Source of the DNA: Armatimonadota bacterium
GTDB taxonomy: Bacteria; Armatimonadota; Zipacnadia; Zipacnadales; UBA5352
Direction of reading: 5' to 3'
Length of the DNA: 45,780 nt
Assembly: GCA_034722055.1 (NCBI GenBank)
Contig: JAYENL010000149.1
Location: 8,427-54,206 of the forward strand
In this document: positions 30,690-39,482 of the stretch, one piece after another
How positions within the stretch are numbered: the stretch's first letter is position 1
Layout: each line of letters opens with the position of its first letter
Translations under genes and position numbers: made by a program
The notes under the pieces: model-generated
What the model was told of the DNA's origin: nothing
The model's input: only the letters and a program-made list of their open reading frames with translations
Databases searched by the model: none

Positions 30690-31484
30690 TTAGTCCTCGA
30701 TGCGGGGATCCCAGTGCTTCGACTGCGCGCAGAAGCCTCTCTCGACGGCCTTGGCGTGCCCGTCAACGAAGGCCGCGTTCAGCATCTCGTTGTGTCGGAA
30801 GGCCAGGTAGTAGTCCAGCTTGGAGGGATCGGTGCTGTAGTAGGCGTAGTCGTGGTGGTTCGTCTCCGCGATCATGATGACCCGCGCGGGATGCTCGATG
30901 CAGGCCAGCGTCACCGGCCCTCCGCCGGTGGGCCCATAGGGGAACCAGTAGCCGCGCCATGGCGCATAGCAGAACACATAGTAGAGCGTCCCGCCGTAGC
31001 CGCCCTTCTCGGGGTGGTACATCCAGTGCGGGTCGCTCCCGCCCTGCTTCACCATGCTGGGGCACACCCAGATCATGTCGTTCTTGATGTAGGGCGCCAC
31101 GGCCACCTTCCAGGAGTGAACAACGCCCCAGCCCAGAGGATAGTCGGGCAGAGGTGGATCGTACCAGCAGTAGATAGTGGGGAAGGTCTCATCGTAGTCC
31201 TGGACATACATGTTCACCGCCAGGGCGATCTGCTTGACGTTGGAGAGACACTGTGTCTGTCGAGCCTTCTCGCGAGCCCGCGAGAAAACCGGAAACAAAA
31301 TCGCCGCCAGGATGGCGATGATGTGACCGCTGAAAAAGGTGGATTGGGAAGAATGTGACCCACGCAGCGCCCTGAGGATCGCCACAGCGCCGCGCCGATA
31401 TTCAGTTTCCGGCTTTTTCAGCGGTCACATGATGGCGATCACCACCAGCAGCTCGATCAGCGTGAAACCTCTACGTGCAGACAT
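30690..31484 (-). pseudogene. Prepilin-type N-terminal cleavage/methylation, DUF1559 / H-X9-DG protein, interrupted by a MITE
   Basis: MSARRGFTLIELLVVIAI|IAILAAILFPVFSRAREKARQTQCLSNVKQ...RHNEMLNAAFVDGHAK. Strong SD AGGAGGAGG. A 111-bp insertion creates TGA at 31425-31427. Confidence 0.9.
31323..31428. mobile_element. 106-bp non-autonomous MITE-like element
   Basis: Perfect 16-bp terminal inverted repeats GTGACCGCTGAAAAAG (31323-31338) and CTTTTTCAGCGGTCAC (31413-31428). Flanking direct repeat ATGAT at 31318-31322 and 31429-31433. Removal restores the canonical VIAIIAIL. Confidence 0.9.
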
Positions 31485-31513
31485 CGATACGCCTCCTCCT
31501 GAACGCTTATTCA

Positions 31514-31580
31514 GTCCGAAACACCATGGCTTCGGACCGTACATACGCAAGGGCTCACTTCTTGCTCTGAAGTGAGCCCT
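31514..31580 (-). promoter_or_regulatory. Two stem-loops in the prepilin gene leader
   Basis: AGGGCTCACTTC/GAAGTGAGCCCT is a perfect 12-bp stem (31550-31580). GTCCGAA/TTCGGAC is a 7-bp stem (31514-31537) near the SD. Confidence 0.45.
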
Positions 31581-31770
31581 GACGTAAACATCCCTTATGC
31601 GAGGCCGAAGCGCAACCGGCCCGTCGTTTACCACCGTGAAGGCCTTTTCCCCCTAGCACTGCTGTGTCCCCACCCCGTCGTCCCGCCCGAAAGCACCATC
31701 CCCTGTATAATACTCTGGACTATACTTCGCCACTCAGCGCCAGTATCCTTCCCGCGATCCGAATCTCATC

Positions 31771-31783
31771 TGTGAACGCTCAC
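31771..31783. promoter_or_regulatory. LacI-family operator-like palindrome
   Basis: TGTGAACGCTCAC is one mismatch from the symmetric GTGAGCGCTCAC core. Related TGAACGCTTA at 31500-31509; AT-rich -10-like tract at 31704-31724. Confidence 0.3.
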
Positions 31784-31859
31784 CTCGGGATCTGTCTCAT
31801 CGGTAGACTGTGCTCTACACCCCGCCGGACCACCAGCAGAAAGGACCGGCCAGCAGCGA

Positions 31860-32970
31860 TCACCGCGACCTCTCTGTCTGCGCGGGCGCGGACGTACGGA
31901 TCTGGTAGATGCGCACCTGGTTACGCTCCAGCTTCACCCACAGGTGGGCGAGATCGGCCCCGGTAAGCTCCTCACGCTCCCCGATGGCGCACGGGCGCTC
32001 GCCATACCCGTCGCACTGCCTCACGCGATAGCTGCCCTCCGGCAGGCGGAGACGGACCTCCAGGCCGACGTCCTCCGGCTCCCAGTTGATCGTGGCCAGC
32101 AGCCAGCCATCATCACCGCGCCGCAGGATCGCCTCCACATTGCGCCCCTGACGGTCAAGCTCAATGGCCCGGGACTCGCCGAGCAGGTCGTCCAGCGTGC
32201 CCAGCAGCTCAGCCCGAAACGCCGGATCGGTGAACTCATCCACCAGGTTCTCGACGAGCACCACGTCCTCACCGTCCGCCCATCCCGCCATCGCCGGAAT
32301 CTCCCTGCCCGTGCCCACCTCGTCTGCCTCGCCGAGCCGCTCGCAGATGAGAATCCGCGAGCCCGCTCGTCGCCCCTCCTCGACGGCCGCTGCCGCCCGG
32401 TTGGAGATGCAGTAGGGAAAGGGGAGCACGATGAGAGGGTAATCGCTCAGGTGCGCCAGCTCGTCCTCTCGCTCCAGATAGTGCACCTCGAAGGGGTAGC
32501 TGTGTCGGAGAAGGAGCTCCTCGACTATCCGGTGCGCCACGTAGCCGCGGATGCCGGCGACGCGCAGGTCGGCCTCAAAGTTGAGCTCCTGGCGGAGCTG
32601 CCAGAAGTCCTCGGAGGCCCGGCTGTGCAGGACAGCAATCTGTGGGAGGATCCGCGTGTCGCGCAGCCCGGCCTCCCCGCCCCGCATACGCACCCATGCG
32701 CGCACCCGCCACGCCCCCGGCTCGGTCAGCGGCAGGTAGCGCGCCCAGAAGCCCCGGGTGATCCCGACGCCATCCTGCAAATCCAGGGAGTGCCCGCCGG
32801 TGCGTCCCACGTCGGCCACGGTTCCGCTGAACATCAGCGGGTTGAACTCGGTGATCCAGCCGGCACGCCCGTCGGTCGGGTCGTCGAAGCTGAAGCTAGC
32901 GATCGGCTCGGCGCAGACCGAAAGGCCCAGGGGCCCCGGCCAAACCCATGGCCAGAAGACGCAATGCCAC
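31860..32970 (-). pseudogene. Frameshifted, probably internally deleted secreted glycoside-hydrolase-like gene (trimerisation-type C-terminus)
   Basis: SD GGGAGGTG plus GTG 32970 gives MALRLLAMGLAGA. Removing one base in GGGGCCCC (32930-32937) yields the signal peptide ...GALGLSVCA-EPIASFSFDD, in frame with ORF 31860-32834. C-terminal IAVLHSRASEDFW, YPLIVLPFPYCIS, LLATINW. Confidence 0.65.
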
Positions 32971-33532
32971 GGTGCGGCACCTCCCGGTAGTCAGTGTAGG
33001 CGCTGCCGCGTGATGATCGCCATCTCGCCCGCGAGCATCAGACCAGTGGGACGAGCTGGCGGAGAGCTTGTCCGATGTTGCCTGGTGCCGACACAGTGCT
33101 CCAGACGGTGAGAAGGGCCTATGGGGGTAAACCTCGCCTTTGTGAGGGCACGACTGCGCGCGATGGCCTGCCAGGGGCCGACGTGTCGGTAGTCTTCCGG
33201 CGGTGCCTGGGCGAGCAGTTGGTGATGCTGACACACCACCCCTTGGAGCGGACGCCCCTACAGTAACTCCCTCCGGTTCACGTAGCCTCGACCGACCATG
33301 GCGAGGGCCGTGTGCTGGCTGAGTTTGTTGATGATCTGCACAAGTGTATGTCGCTTCCGGCCCATCGTCCTGCCTGCCATGTCGGCCCGGATGCCTCACG
33401 GTCGAACATGACACCTGACCGATTCTGGGCGGGCAGGACGCTCTGGAAGAATATCTGTCAAGTCTTGTGGCGGACGGGGAGGGATGACAGGATGAGTTGA
33501 GGAACCTACAATCCTATAACACAGATCATCTT

Positions 33533-33563
33533 AACAGGTGGTGCAAACGCCTGCGTATTAATG
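33533..33563 (+). promoter_or_regulatory. Candidate ECF-type promoter upstream of the Hsp70 cluster
   Basis: aaCAG-N16-CGTATtaATG in an AT-rich intergenic patch; resembles motifs at 40071-40100 and 44557-44587. Confidence 0.35.
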
Positions 33564-33737
33564 GACGGTGCGAGAGGTCGGGTATGTGGTCGGCAGTAGT
33601 GCGCGGATGAAGCCATTCGCAGGGGGCAGACGCTGACCGAGACTGACGCAGTCCACAGCATGTGGACGGAGCAGAACGCCAACTCGAAGCCTGGCAGAGC
33701 AGCACGATGATGGGGCTTGCCGCGAGAGGTGTCGGCG

Positions 33738-35363
33738 ATGAGTGAGGGCCCGAGTAGTCCGGAGCTTGTGGGGGACGACTGGTGTTGCGAGGCCCTGCTG
33801 GAACTGGCGAGACCGGAGATCTACTGCGAGAATCCCTTTCGGTTGCTTGAGGTCCCAATCGATGCAAGCTCGCGGGACATCTCGCGGCGATCCAGGAGAC
33901 AGCAGATTATGGAGAAGTACGGGGGAGGCGGCCGGCAGGGAACGGCCTCCGGACTATCGCTGCAGCTATCGGCGGAAGAGGATCAGGTGCAGGCGGCTCA
34001 GCAGCGGCTGAGAGACCCGGAGCGGCGACTCATCGATGAGCTGTTCTGGATCTGGCCTGAGGAGCCGGGGAAGTCGAAGCGCGACCAGGCCATCATGGCC
34101 TTGGGCAGAGGTGACCTGAACGAGGCTGGGCGGCTGTGGCGGGAGCGCGAGGAGGCCGGTGACAGCGACGGTGTCGCCACTCATAACCTGGCGGTCATCT
34201 ATCACGTCCTGGCCCTGGACTGGGAGCTCCGGGCGTTGGAGGCGTCGATCACGGCCGAGCAGCGCAAGCGCCAACATGCCTACTGGAAGCAAGCCTTGCC
34301 ACGCTGGCAGGAGCTGGAGAAGAAGGAGTTCTTCTGGAGTCGCCTCGCCGATCGCGTCCGGGAGCTCAATGATCCCCGGCTGACGACCGGGACGGCACGG
34401 CGCATACGGACGTCATTGCCGGTTGCGCTGCTGCTGATCAACGCGCAACTGGGGCTGCGTGCGGCTCGGGCAGGCGACAGGAACTGGGCCCGCGAGCACG
34501 CGAAGCTGATATGGAATTCCGGGTGGGGGCAGGAGGCGATTGACGAAGCGCTGTCGCGGGCGCTCAGGCCCCTCCGGGACCGCGTGAAGAGCCTCTGCCA
34601 GCAGGCTCGAACGAACAGTGACGCCGATCCCGCCGGGGGCGACGCGGTTGTTCAGGAGCTCATACACGGTACTCGCCAACCGCTGCGTATCATGGACTAC
34701 ATGCTGCCAAGGGGCAACCCGATGCGTCAGGCGGCACACGATGAGGTCGCGAATGCTGCGCTGGAGGTCCAGGTGAAGTTCGGGCGGGAGACGGAGGACT
34801 GGCAGCGGTCGGAGGAGCTGCTCAAAAGCGCCGCGGCCGTGGCGGAGGGCCAGGCCACACGCGAGCGGCTTGAGGACAACCTCAACACTGTACGCGAGAA
34901 CGCGCGCTACAAGCGGCTCGTAGAGAGGTGTTTCTTCTGCACTCGAGCTGCCGACGACGGCGCTGAGCTGGAGGTGCAGATGTACGGCAACATCACCCGC
35001 ACGCCCACCCTCGAAGGTACGCACGTAGAGTGGCAGAAGGCGGTCATCTCGGTCCCCCGCTGCAATCGCTGTAAGAAGGCCCACGGAAAGGCCGTGGGCC
35101 TGCCCTGCGGCCTGGGCTGCGCCGGCGCCATAGCCGCCCTCATCATCGCCGGCATCGTCAGCTCGGTGACCGGTGATAGCGACGCTGCAGCCGCGGCCTG
35201 GCTAGTGGGTACGTTCGTCCTGGGAGTGGGTGGCGCCGTGATGGGGTGGGCGATGGGTCAGGCGCAGAGGGGCGTGAAGCCGATCGAGCACCGAGACAAG
35301 TACCCGCCCATCCGGGAGCTTATATCTAAGGGATGGCAGTTCGGCGAGGGGCCGTCGGGCTGA
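33738..35363 (+). CDS. J-domain-like (HPD-less) / TPR-like protein with C-terminal Zn finger and two TM helices
   Basis: NPFRLLEVPIDASSRDISR (J helices I-II) and QAAQQRLRDPERRL (helices III-IV) without HPD; ATHNLAVIYH TPR-like helix; CFFC...CNRC; two hydrophobic segments; SD GAGGTG. Confidence 0.7.
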   Translation: MSEGPSSPELVGDDWCCEALLELARPEIYCENPFRLLEVPIDASSRDISRRSRRQQIMEKYGGGGRQGTASGLSLQLSAEEDQVQAAQQRLRDPERRLIDELFWIWPEEPGKSKRDQAIMALGRGDLNEAGRLWREREEAGDSDGVATHNLAVIYHVLALDWELRALEASITAEQRKRQHAYWKQALPRWQELEKKEFFWSRLADRVRELNDPRLTTGTARRIRTSLPVALLLINAQLGLRAARAGDRNWAREHAKLIWNSGWGQEAIDEALSRALRPLRDRVKSLCQQARTNSDADPAGGDAVVQELIHGTRQPLRIMDYMLPRGNPMRQAAHDEVANAALEVQVKFGRETEDWQRSEELLKSAAAVAEGQATRERLEDNLNTVRENARYKRLVERCFFCTRAADDGAELEVQMYGNITRTPTLEGTHVEWQKAVISVPRCNRCKKAHGKAVGLPCGLGCAGAIAALIIAGIVSSVTGDSDAAAAAWLVGTFVLGVGGAVMGWAMGQAQRGVKPIEHRDKYPPIRELISKGWQFGEGPSG

Positions 35364-35413
35364 TCCACCGGAAGAGGCGGAGGGGTGCCCGCCTGGCGGA
35401 ACCCGGCGGAAGC

Positions 35414-36016
35414 ATGAATGGAGAGCGCGACGAAATGGACGGGGACATCGGGAGCGTTTACCGAGAGCTGCGCTCGACCGGACTTGGCGGGCTGTGGGCC
35501 GGACTGCGACAGTTGCTGTTCCCCGCCGAGTTCCGGATTGGGCCCCCCGCGTGGCCGCCAGCGGGTCAGGACGGCCTCGAGGCACTCATGGCAGCCGTCA
35601 GCGAGGCGAGAGGGAGTGAGCCCAGCTCCCCAGAGGAGAGCAGAGGTCTGGTGGTTCGGGATAGAGTGGTGGCGGATCTGGCAACACAGCTCTGGCGCAT
35701 GCGCAAGAGAATGCTCGACGCGGACACTGGAGGGCCGCGCGAGGAGGTGCGGGGGGAGTACCGAGCCCTGGAGGCGGCGTGGGATGCGCTCAGCGAGGCG
35801 GGCGTGGACATTCGCGACTACACCGGGAAGCGGATGCCTCAGACGGGCTCCTACACGGTCAGCGTGCTGGCCTTCGAGCCCACGCCGGGTGTCACGCATG
35901 AGGTCATCACCGAGACGGTCAAGCCCTCTGTGTACTTCGATGGGGAGCGGATCCAGATGGCTGAGGTGGTCGTGGCCACGCCTGAGGACTCGGAGGAAAC
36001 AGCGCAAGAACAATAG
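35414..36016 (+). CDS. GrpE-like nucleotide exchange factor homolog
   Basis: LSEAGVDIRDYTGK...VLAFEP...ITETVKPSVYFDGERIQMAEVVV resembles the GrpE beta-head. Lies directly upstream of Hsp70. The start may instead be ATG 35435. Confidence 0.7.
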   Translation: MNGERDEMDGDIGSVYRELRSTGLGGLWAGLRQLLFPAEFRIGPPAWPPAGQDGLEALMAAVSEARGSEPSSPEESRGLVVRDRVVADLATQLWRMRKRMLDADTGGPREEVRGEYRALEAAWDALSEAGVDIRDYTGKRMPQTGSYTVSVLAFEPTPGVTHEVITETVKPSVYFDGERIQMAEVVVATPEDSEETAQEQ

Positions 36017-36106
36017 TACTCGGCGGAGGGCGAGACGGACGCCTGACGAAGCGCTTGTTTGAAGCCATCACGGGGCTGAGACGGACAGGTCGAGGGAGGC
36101 AGACGA

Positions 36107-38641
36107 ATGGCACGCCAGACAATTGACTTCGGCATTGACCTCGGCACCACCAACAGCGCCATCGCCGTCTTCGACGGCATCGAGGCCGAGGTCATCCCCA
36201 ACAACGAGAACCTGCCAATCACACCGTCGGCAGTGCGCATCGATGACTCAGGCGCCGTTACGGTGGGCAAGACGCCCCGGGAGCGCTACTTCAGAGACCC
36301 CGACAACGGCGCCATCGAGTTCAAGCGCCTGATGGGCGAGCAGGAGACCATCAGCTTCGCCGACAGCGGGCGGTCGATGACGCCCGCGGAGCTGTCAGCC
36401 GAGGTGCTCAAGTCGCTCAAGAGCGATGTTCAGCAGCGTGTCGGCGAGGAGCTGAACGCCGCGGTCGTCACCGTGCCCGCGGAGTTCGGACTGCCTCAAA
36501 ACAAGGCGACGGACAAGGCGGCGCAGTTCGCCGGCTTCTCCCAGCGGGTCCTGTTGCAGGAGCCGATAGCGGCGGCCCTGGCCTACGGCTTCCAGGCCGA
36601 GGACGAGGACGTGTTCTGGATGGTCTACGATATGGGCGGGGGGACCTTCGACGTGGCCATCATCCAGATGCGCGACGGGATGATCGAGGTCATCAACCAT
36701 GGTGGCGACCAGTACCTGGGCGGCAAGAACGTGGACGAGGCCATCGTCAAGGACCTGCTCATCCCCCAGGTCGTGTCCAGGTACGACGTCAGCGACTTCC
36801 GGCTGGGCAACGAGAAGTGGCGAGTGCCTCTGGCCAAGCTCAGACTCTCAGCCGAGGACGCCAAGATCCGGCTCTCGCGCCAGCCGACAGCGCAGGTGGA
36901 CATCGACTACCTGGGCAACGACGACCGCGGTCAGCCTATGGCGGACTTCCTCGTCGAGGTCTCGCAGGCCGATGTCGAGCGCATACTCGAGCCGATGATC
37001 GTGCGCACCATCAACGCTGCCAGGAAGGTGCTGGAGGAGAAGCGGCTCAGTCCCGGTGACATCGAGCGACTGCTGCTTGTGGGCGGCCCCACTGCTACCC
37101 CTTACCTCCGCCAGCGTCTGGAGGACCCCACCAGCGGACTGGGGATACCGCTGGATTTCAGCCAGGACCCGATGACGGTCGTGGCCTGTGGCGCGGCGAT
37201 CTTCGCGGGCACCCAGCGGCTTGAGGAGGCGATGGGGCCCGCCGTGACGGTCGAGCCGGGGCAGTACCGGATCGAGCTTGAGTACGATCCGATCGGGCCC
37301 GACCCGGACCCGTTGATCGGAGGGAAGGTGATCGCCCAGGAGGGCGGCGACGTATCGGGCTTCACGATCGAGTTCGTCAACCGGAGCCTGCCTCACGACG
37401 ATGAGTGGCGCAGCGGCCAGGTCCCTCTGGGGCCGGATGGCACCTTCACGACGGTGCTGTTCGCAGAGCGGGGTCTACCCAATGAGTTCGGGATTGACCT
37501 GCGGGATGCCACCGGAAGCGCTCTGCCGGCAGTGCCCGAGTCCATCACCTACACCGTCGGGGGCGTGCCGGACCGGCCGATCCTGACGCACTCCCTGGGC
37601 GTGGCGATGGCGAACAACGAGGTCGATCGGTTCTTCGAGAAGGGCACGCCGCTGCCCGCCCGGGCGCGCAGCAAGCACAAGACAACCGTCGCGGTGAGGC
37701 GGGGCGGGCAGCACGAGGAGCTGATCCGCATCCCGGTCGTTCAGGGAGAGAACACGGTGCGTGCCGACCGCAATAAGCTCGTCGGCGCGCTGGAGATCAC
37801 GCCTGACGAGATCAGGCGCGATGTGCGGCAGGGCAGCGAGGTTGACATCACCATCGAGATCGATGAATCCCAGCGCGTACTCACCAAGGCCTGGGTGCCG
37901 GTGCTGGACGAGGAGTTTGAGGAGGTGCTGGACCTCAACCCGCCCCCGCCGGATGTGGGCGCACTGCAGCGTGAGGTCAGTGAGGAGAGGCGGCGACTGA
38001 CCGAGGCCAGGCAGCAGGCCATTGAGACAGGCGATCCTGTGGCGCGAGAGGCACTCGACCGCATTGAACAGGAGCGCCTGCTCGAGTCCGCCGAGGGATC
38101 GGCCGAGGCGGCCGCAGAAGGCCAGAAAGACGCCGCCCGGCAGTGTCAGGACCTGCTGCTGCGGCTCAGGTCCGCCGTTGACGAGGTCGAGGATGCCCTG
38201 CAGTGGCCGGCCCTGGTGTCGAAGGCTGAAGAGGCCATCGAGGAGGCGGAGAGGCTGGTTAGCGACCCCGAGATCGCGGCCCACGGCGGCGGCAGCGTGG
38301 ACGCCGAGGTGCGTGCGCTCCGCGAGGCCATCCAGCAGAAGGACCGTGACACGCTGCAGGCGCGCCTGGATGACCTCCAGCGGAAGGTCGTTGAGGTTCT
38401 CCAGAAGCACCCGGCCTTCTGGGTCGCCCTGTTCGAGCACCTGCAGGGGCTGCAGCTTCAGATGACTGACCAGGCCCAGGCCCAGCAGCTCATCGCTCGG
38501 GGCCAGCAGGCCATTGCCGACGGCGACGTTGCGTCCCTCCAAGGCGTCTGCCAGCAGCTCGTCGCGTTGGTGCCCGGTGAGGTGGCAATGCCCGAAGGCG
38601 TCCCTGGCGGTCTCATAGGAACCACAACCAAGTTCTGGTAA
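36107..38641 (+). CDS. Atypical Hsp70/DnaK-family protein (844 aa)
   Basis: GIDLGTTNS, VVTVPAEF, LLQEPIAAALAYG, VYDMGGGTFDVAI, LLVGGPT; substrate-binding-like HSLGV...KGTPLP; long helical C-terminus; SD GGGAGG. Confidence 0.95.
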   Translation: MARQTIDFGIDLGTTNSAIAVFDGIEAEVIPNNENLPITPSAVRIDDSGAVTVGKTPRERYFRDPDNGAIEFKRLMGEQETISFADSGRSMTPAELSAEVLKSLKSDVQQRVGEELNAAVVTVPAEFGLPQNKATDKAAQFAGFSQRVLLQEPIAAALAYGFQAEDEDVFWMVYDMGGGTFDVAIIQMRDGMIEVINHGGDQYLGGKNVDEAIVKDLLIPQVVSRYDVSDFRLGNEKWRVPLAKLRLSAEDAKIRLSRQPTAQVDIDYLGNDDRGQPMADFLVEVSQADVERILEPMIVRTINAARKVLEEKRLSPGDIERLLLVGGPTATPYLRQRLEDPTSGLGIPLDFSQDPMTVVACGAAIFAGTQRLEEAMGPAVTVEPGQYRIELEYDPIGPDPDPLIGGKVIAQEGGDVSGFTIEFVNRSLPHDDEWRSGQVPLGPDGTFTTVLFAERGLPNEFGIDLRDATGSALPAVPESITYTVGGVPDRPILTHSLGVAMANNEVDRFFEKGTPLPARARSKHKTTVAVRRGGQHEELIRIPVVQGENTVRADRNKLVGALEITPDEIRRDVRQGSEVDITIEIDESQRVLTKAWVPVLDEEFEEVLDLNPPPPDVGALQREVSEERRRLTEARQQAIETGDPVAREALDRIEQERLLESAEGSAEAAAEGQKDAARQCQDLLLRLRSAVDEVEDALQWPALVSKAEEAIEEAERLVSDPEIAAHGGGSVDAEVRALREAIQQKDRDTLQARLDDLQRKVVEVLQKHPAFWVALFEHLQGLQLQMTDQAQAQQLIARGQQAIADGDVASLQGVCQQLVALVPGEVAMPEGVPGGLIGTTTKFW

Positions 38642-38674
38642 AGGACCCCGCGTGACTGGAGAGAGGGACGTGCC

Positions 38675-39370
38675 ATGGCCGACACAGGCGGGCACCAGCG
38701 TGCCGCCGGCGATGCACAGCCTGGCCTGACAGCGCTCGTCGCGCAGGTGACGGTCGCGAGGGCCACGGAGCTGGCCCGGCGCGGACGATATGAGCGGGCC
38801 GAGCAGCTCATCGACACCCTATCCCCAGCGCAGCGATCGGCTCCAACGGCGCTGGACATCCTCGCACGCATTCGCGCCCAGCGCGGGGACCTGCTCGGGG
38901 CGGCGTCACTATGGCACCGGGCTCTGGAGCAGGATCCGCACAACGAGGCGTACCGCGCCGCTCTGGGGCGCATCGGTGGACTGCAGCGCCGGCCGCGATG
39001 GACCTCAGTCCTGCTGCCGCTCATCCTCACGGTCCTGGTCGGGGCGGGGGTGGTCTGGGCCGGGTTGTGGGCCGATTCCCGCTTTGGCGCCATCGAGACC
39101 AGCCAGCGGTCCCACATGGCGATGATCACGAGAGCGATCGACGGCGTGGATGAGGCGCTGGACGGCGTCGAGCAGAAGCAGAAGGCCCTGGCGGCGCAGG
39201 TGGATGAACTGGCGGCCGACGAGGCGGAGCTGGCGCGGACGCTGCAGGGCAGAGCAGACAGGCTGGACGGGCAGTTGGCCTGGCAGAAGCGTCAGCTTGG
39301 AGGGCTGCATACGCAGGTGCAGCGACTGCGAGACCAGGTCTCAGAGCTGGAGACCACGCCCGCGCACTGA
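38675..39370 (+). CDS. TPR + single TM + coiled-coil membrane protein
   Basis: ALDILARIRAQRGDLLGAASLWHRALEQDPHNEAYRAAL (TPR); VLLPLILTVLVGAGVVWAGLW (TM); heptad-rich C-terminus. Confidence 0.75.
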   Translation: MADTGGHQRAAGDAQPGLTALVAQVTVARATELARRGRYERAEQLIDTLSPAQRSAPTALDILARIRAQRGDLLGAASLWHRALEQDPHNEAYRAALGRIGGLQRRPRWTSVLLPLILTVLVGAGVVWAGLWADSRFGAIETSQRSHMAMITRAIDGVDEALDGVEQKQKALAAQVDELAADEAELARTLQGRADRLDGQLAWQKRQLGGLHTQVQRLRDQVSELETTPAH

Positions 39371-39482
39371 CGTACGCTTCGGCGGCCGCGGGTCAGCAGT
39401 TGCTGGCCTGTGGCGCGCCTTCTCGGGATCCCGATCCGAGACGAAGCTATGGTACCGCACCTGCACCTTCCGAGGTCGGGAC

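Noticed and set aside
30690..31385. 231-aa ORF starting at GTG 31385 as an intact gene
   Set aside because: The start lies inside the MITE with no clear SD; the true start is 31484.
31425..31427. Selenocysteine recoding of the in-frame TGA
   Set aside because: The TGA is part of the element's TIR at a non-Cys position in the prepilin helix; the TIR/TSD structure explains it.
33000..33480. Short ORFs and a possible island boundary or att site
   Set aside because: No tRNA, integrase or flanking direct repeat seen; the minus-strand TTGACA near 33457-33462 lacks a matching -10.
36107..38641. Calling this housekeeping dnaK in a standard dnaK-dnaJ-grpE operon
   Set aside because: Too long and divergent, the linker is replaced, the J partner lacks HPD, and I saw no hrcA or CIRCE.
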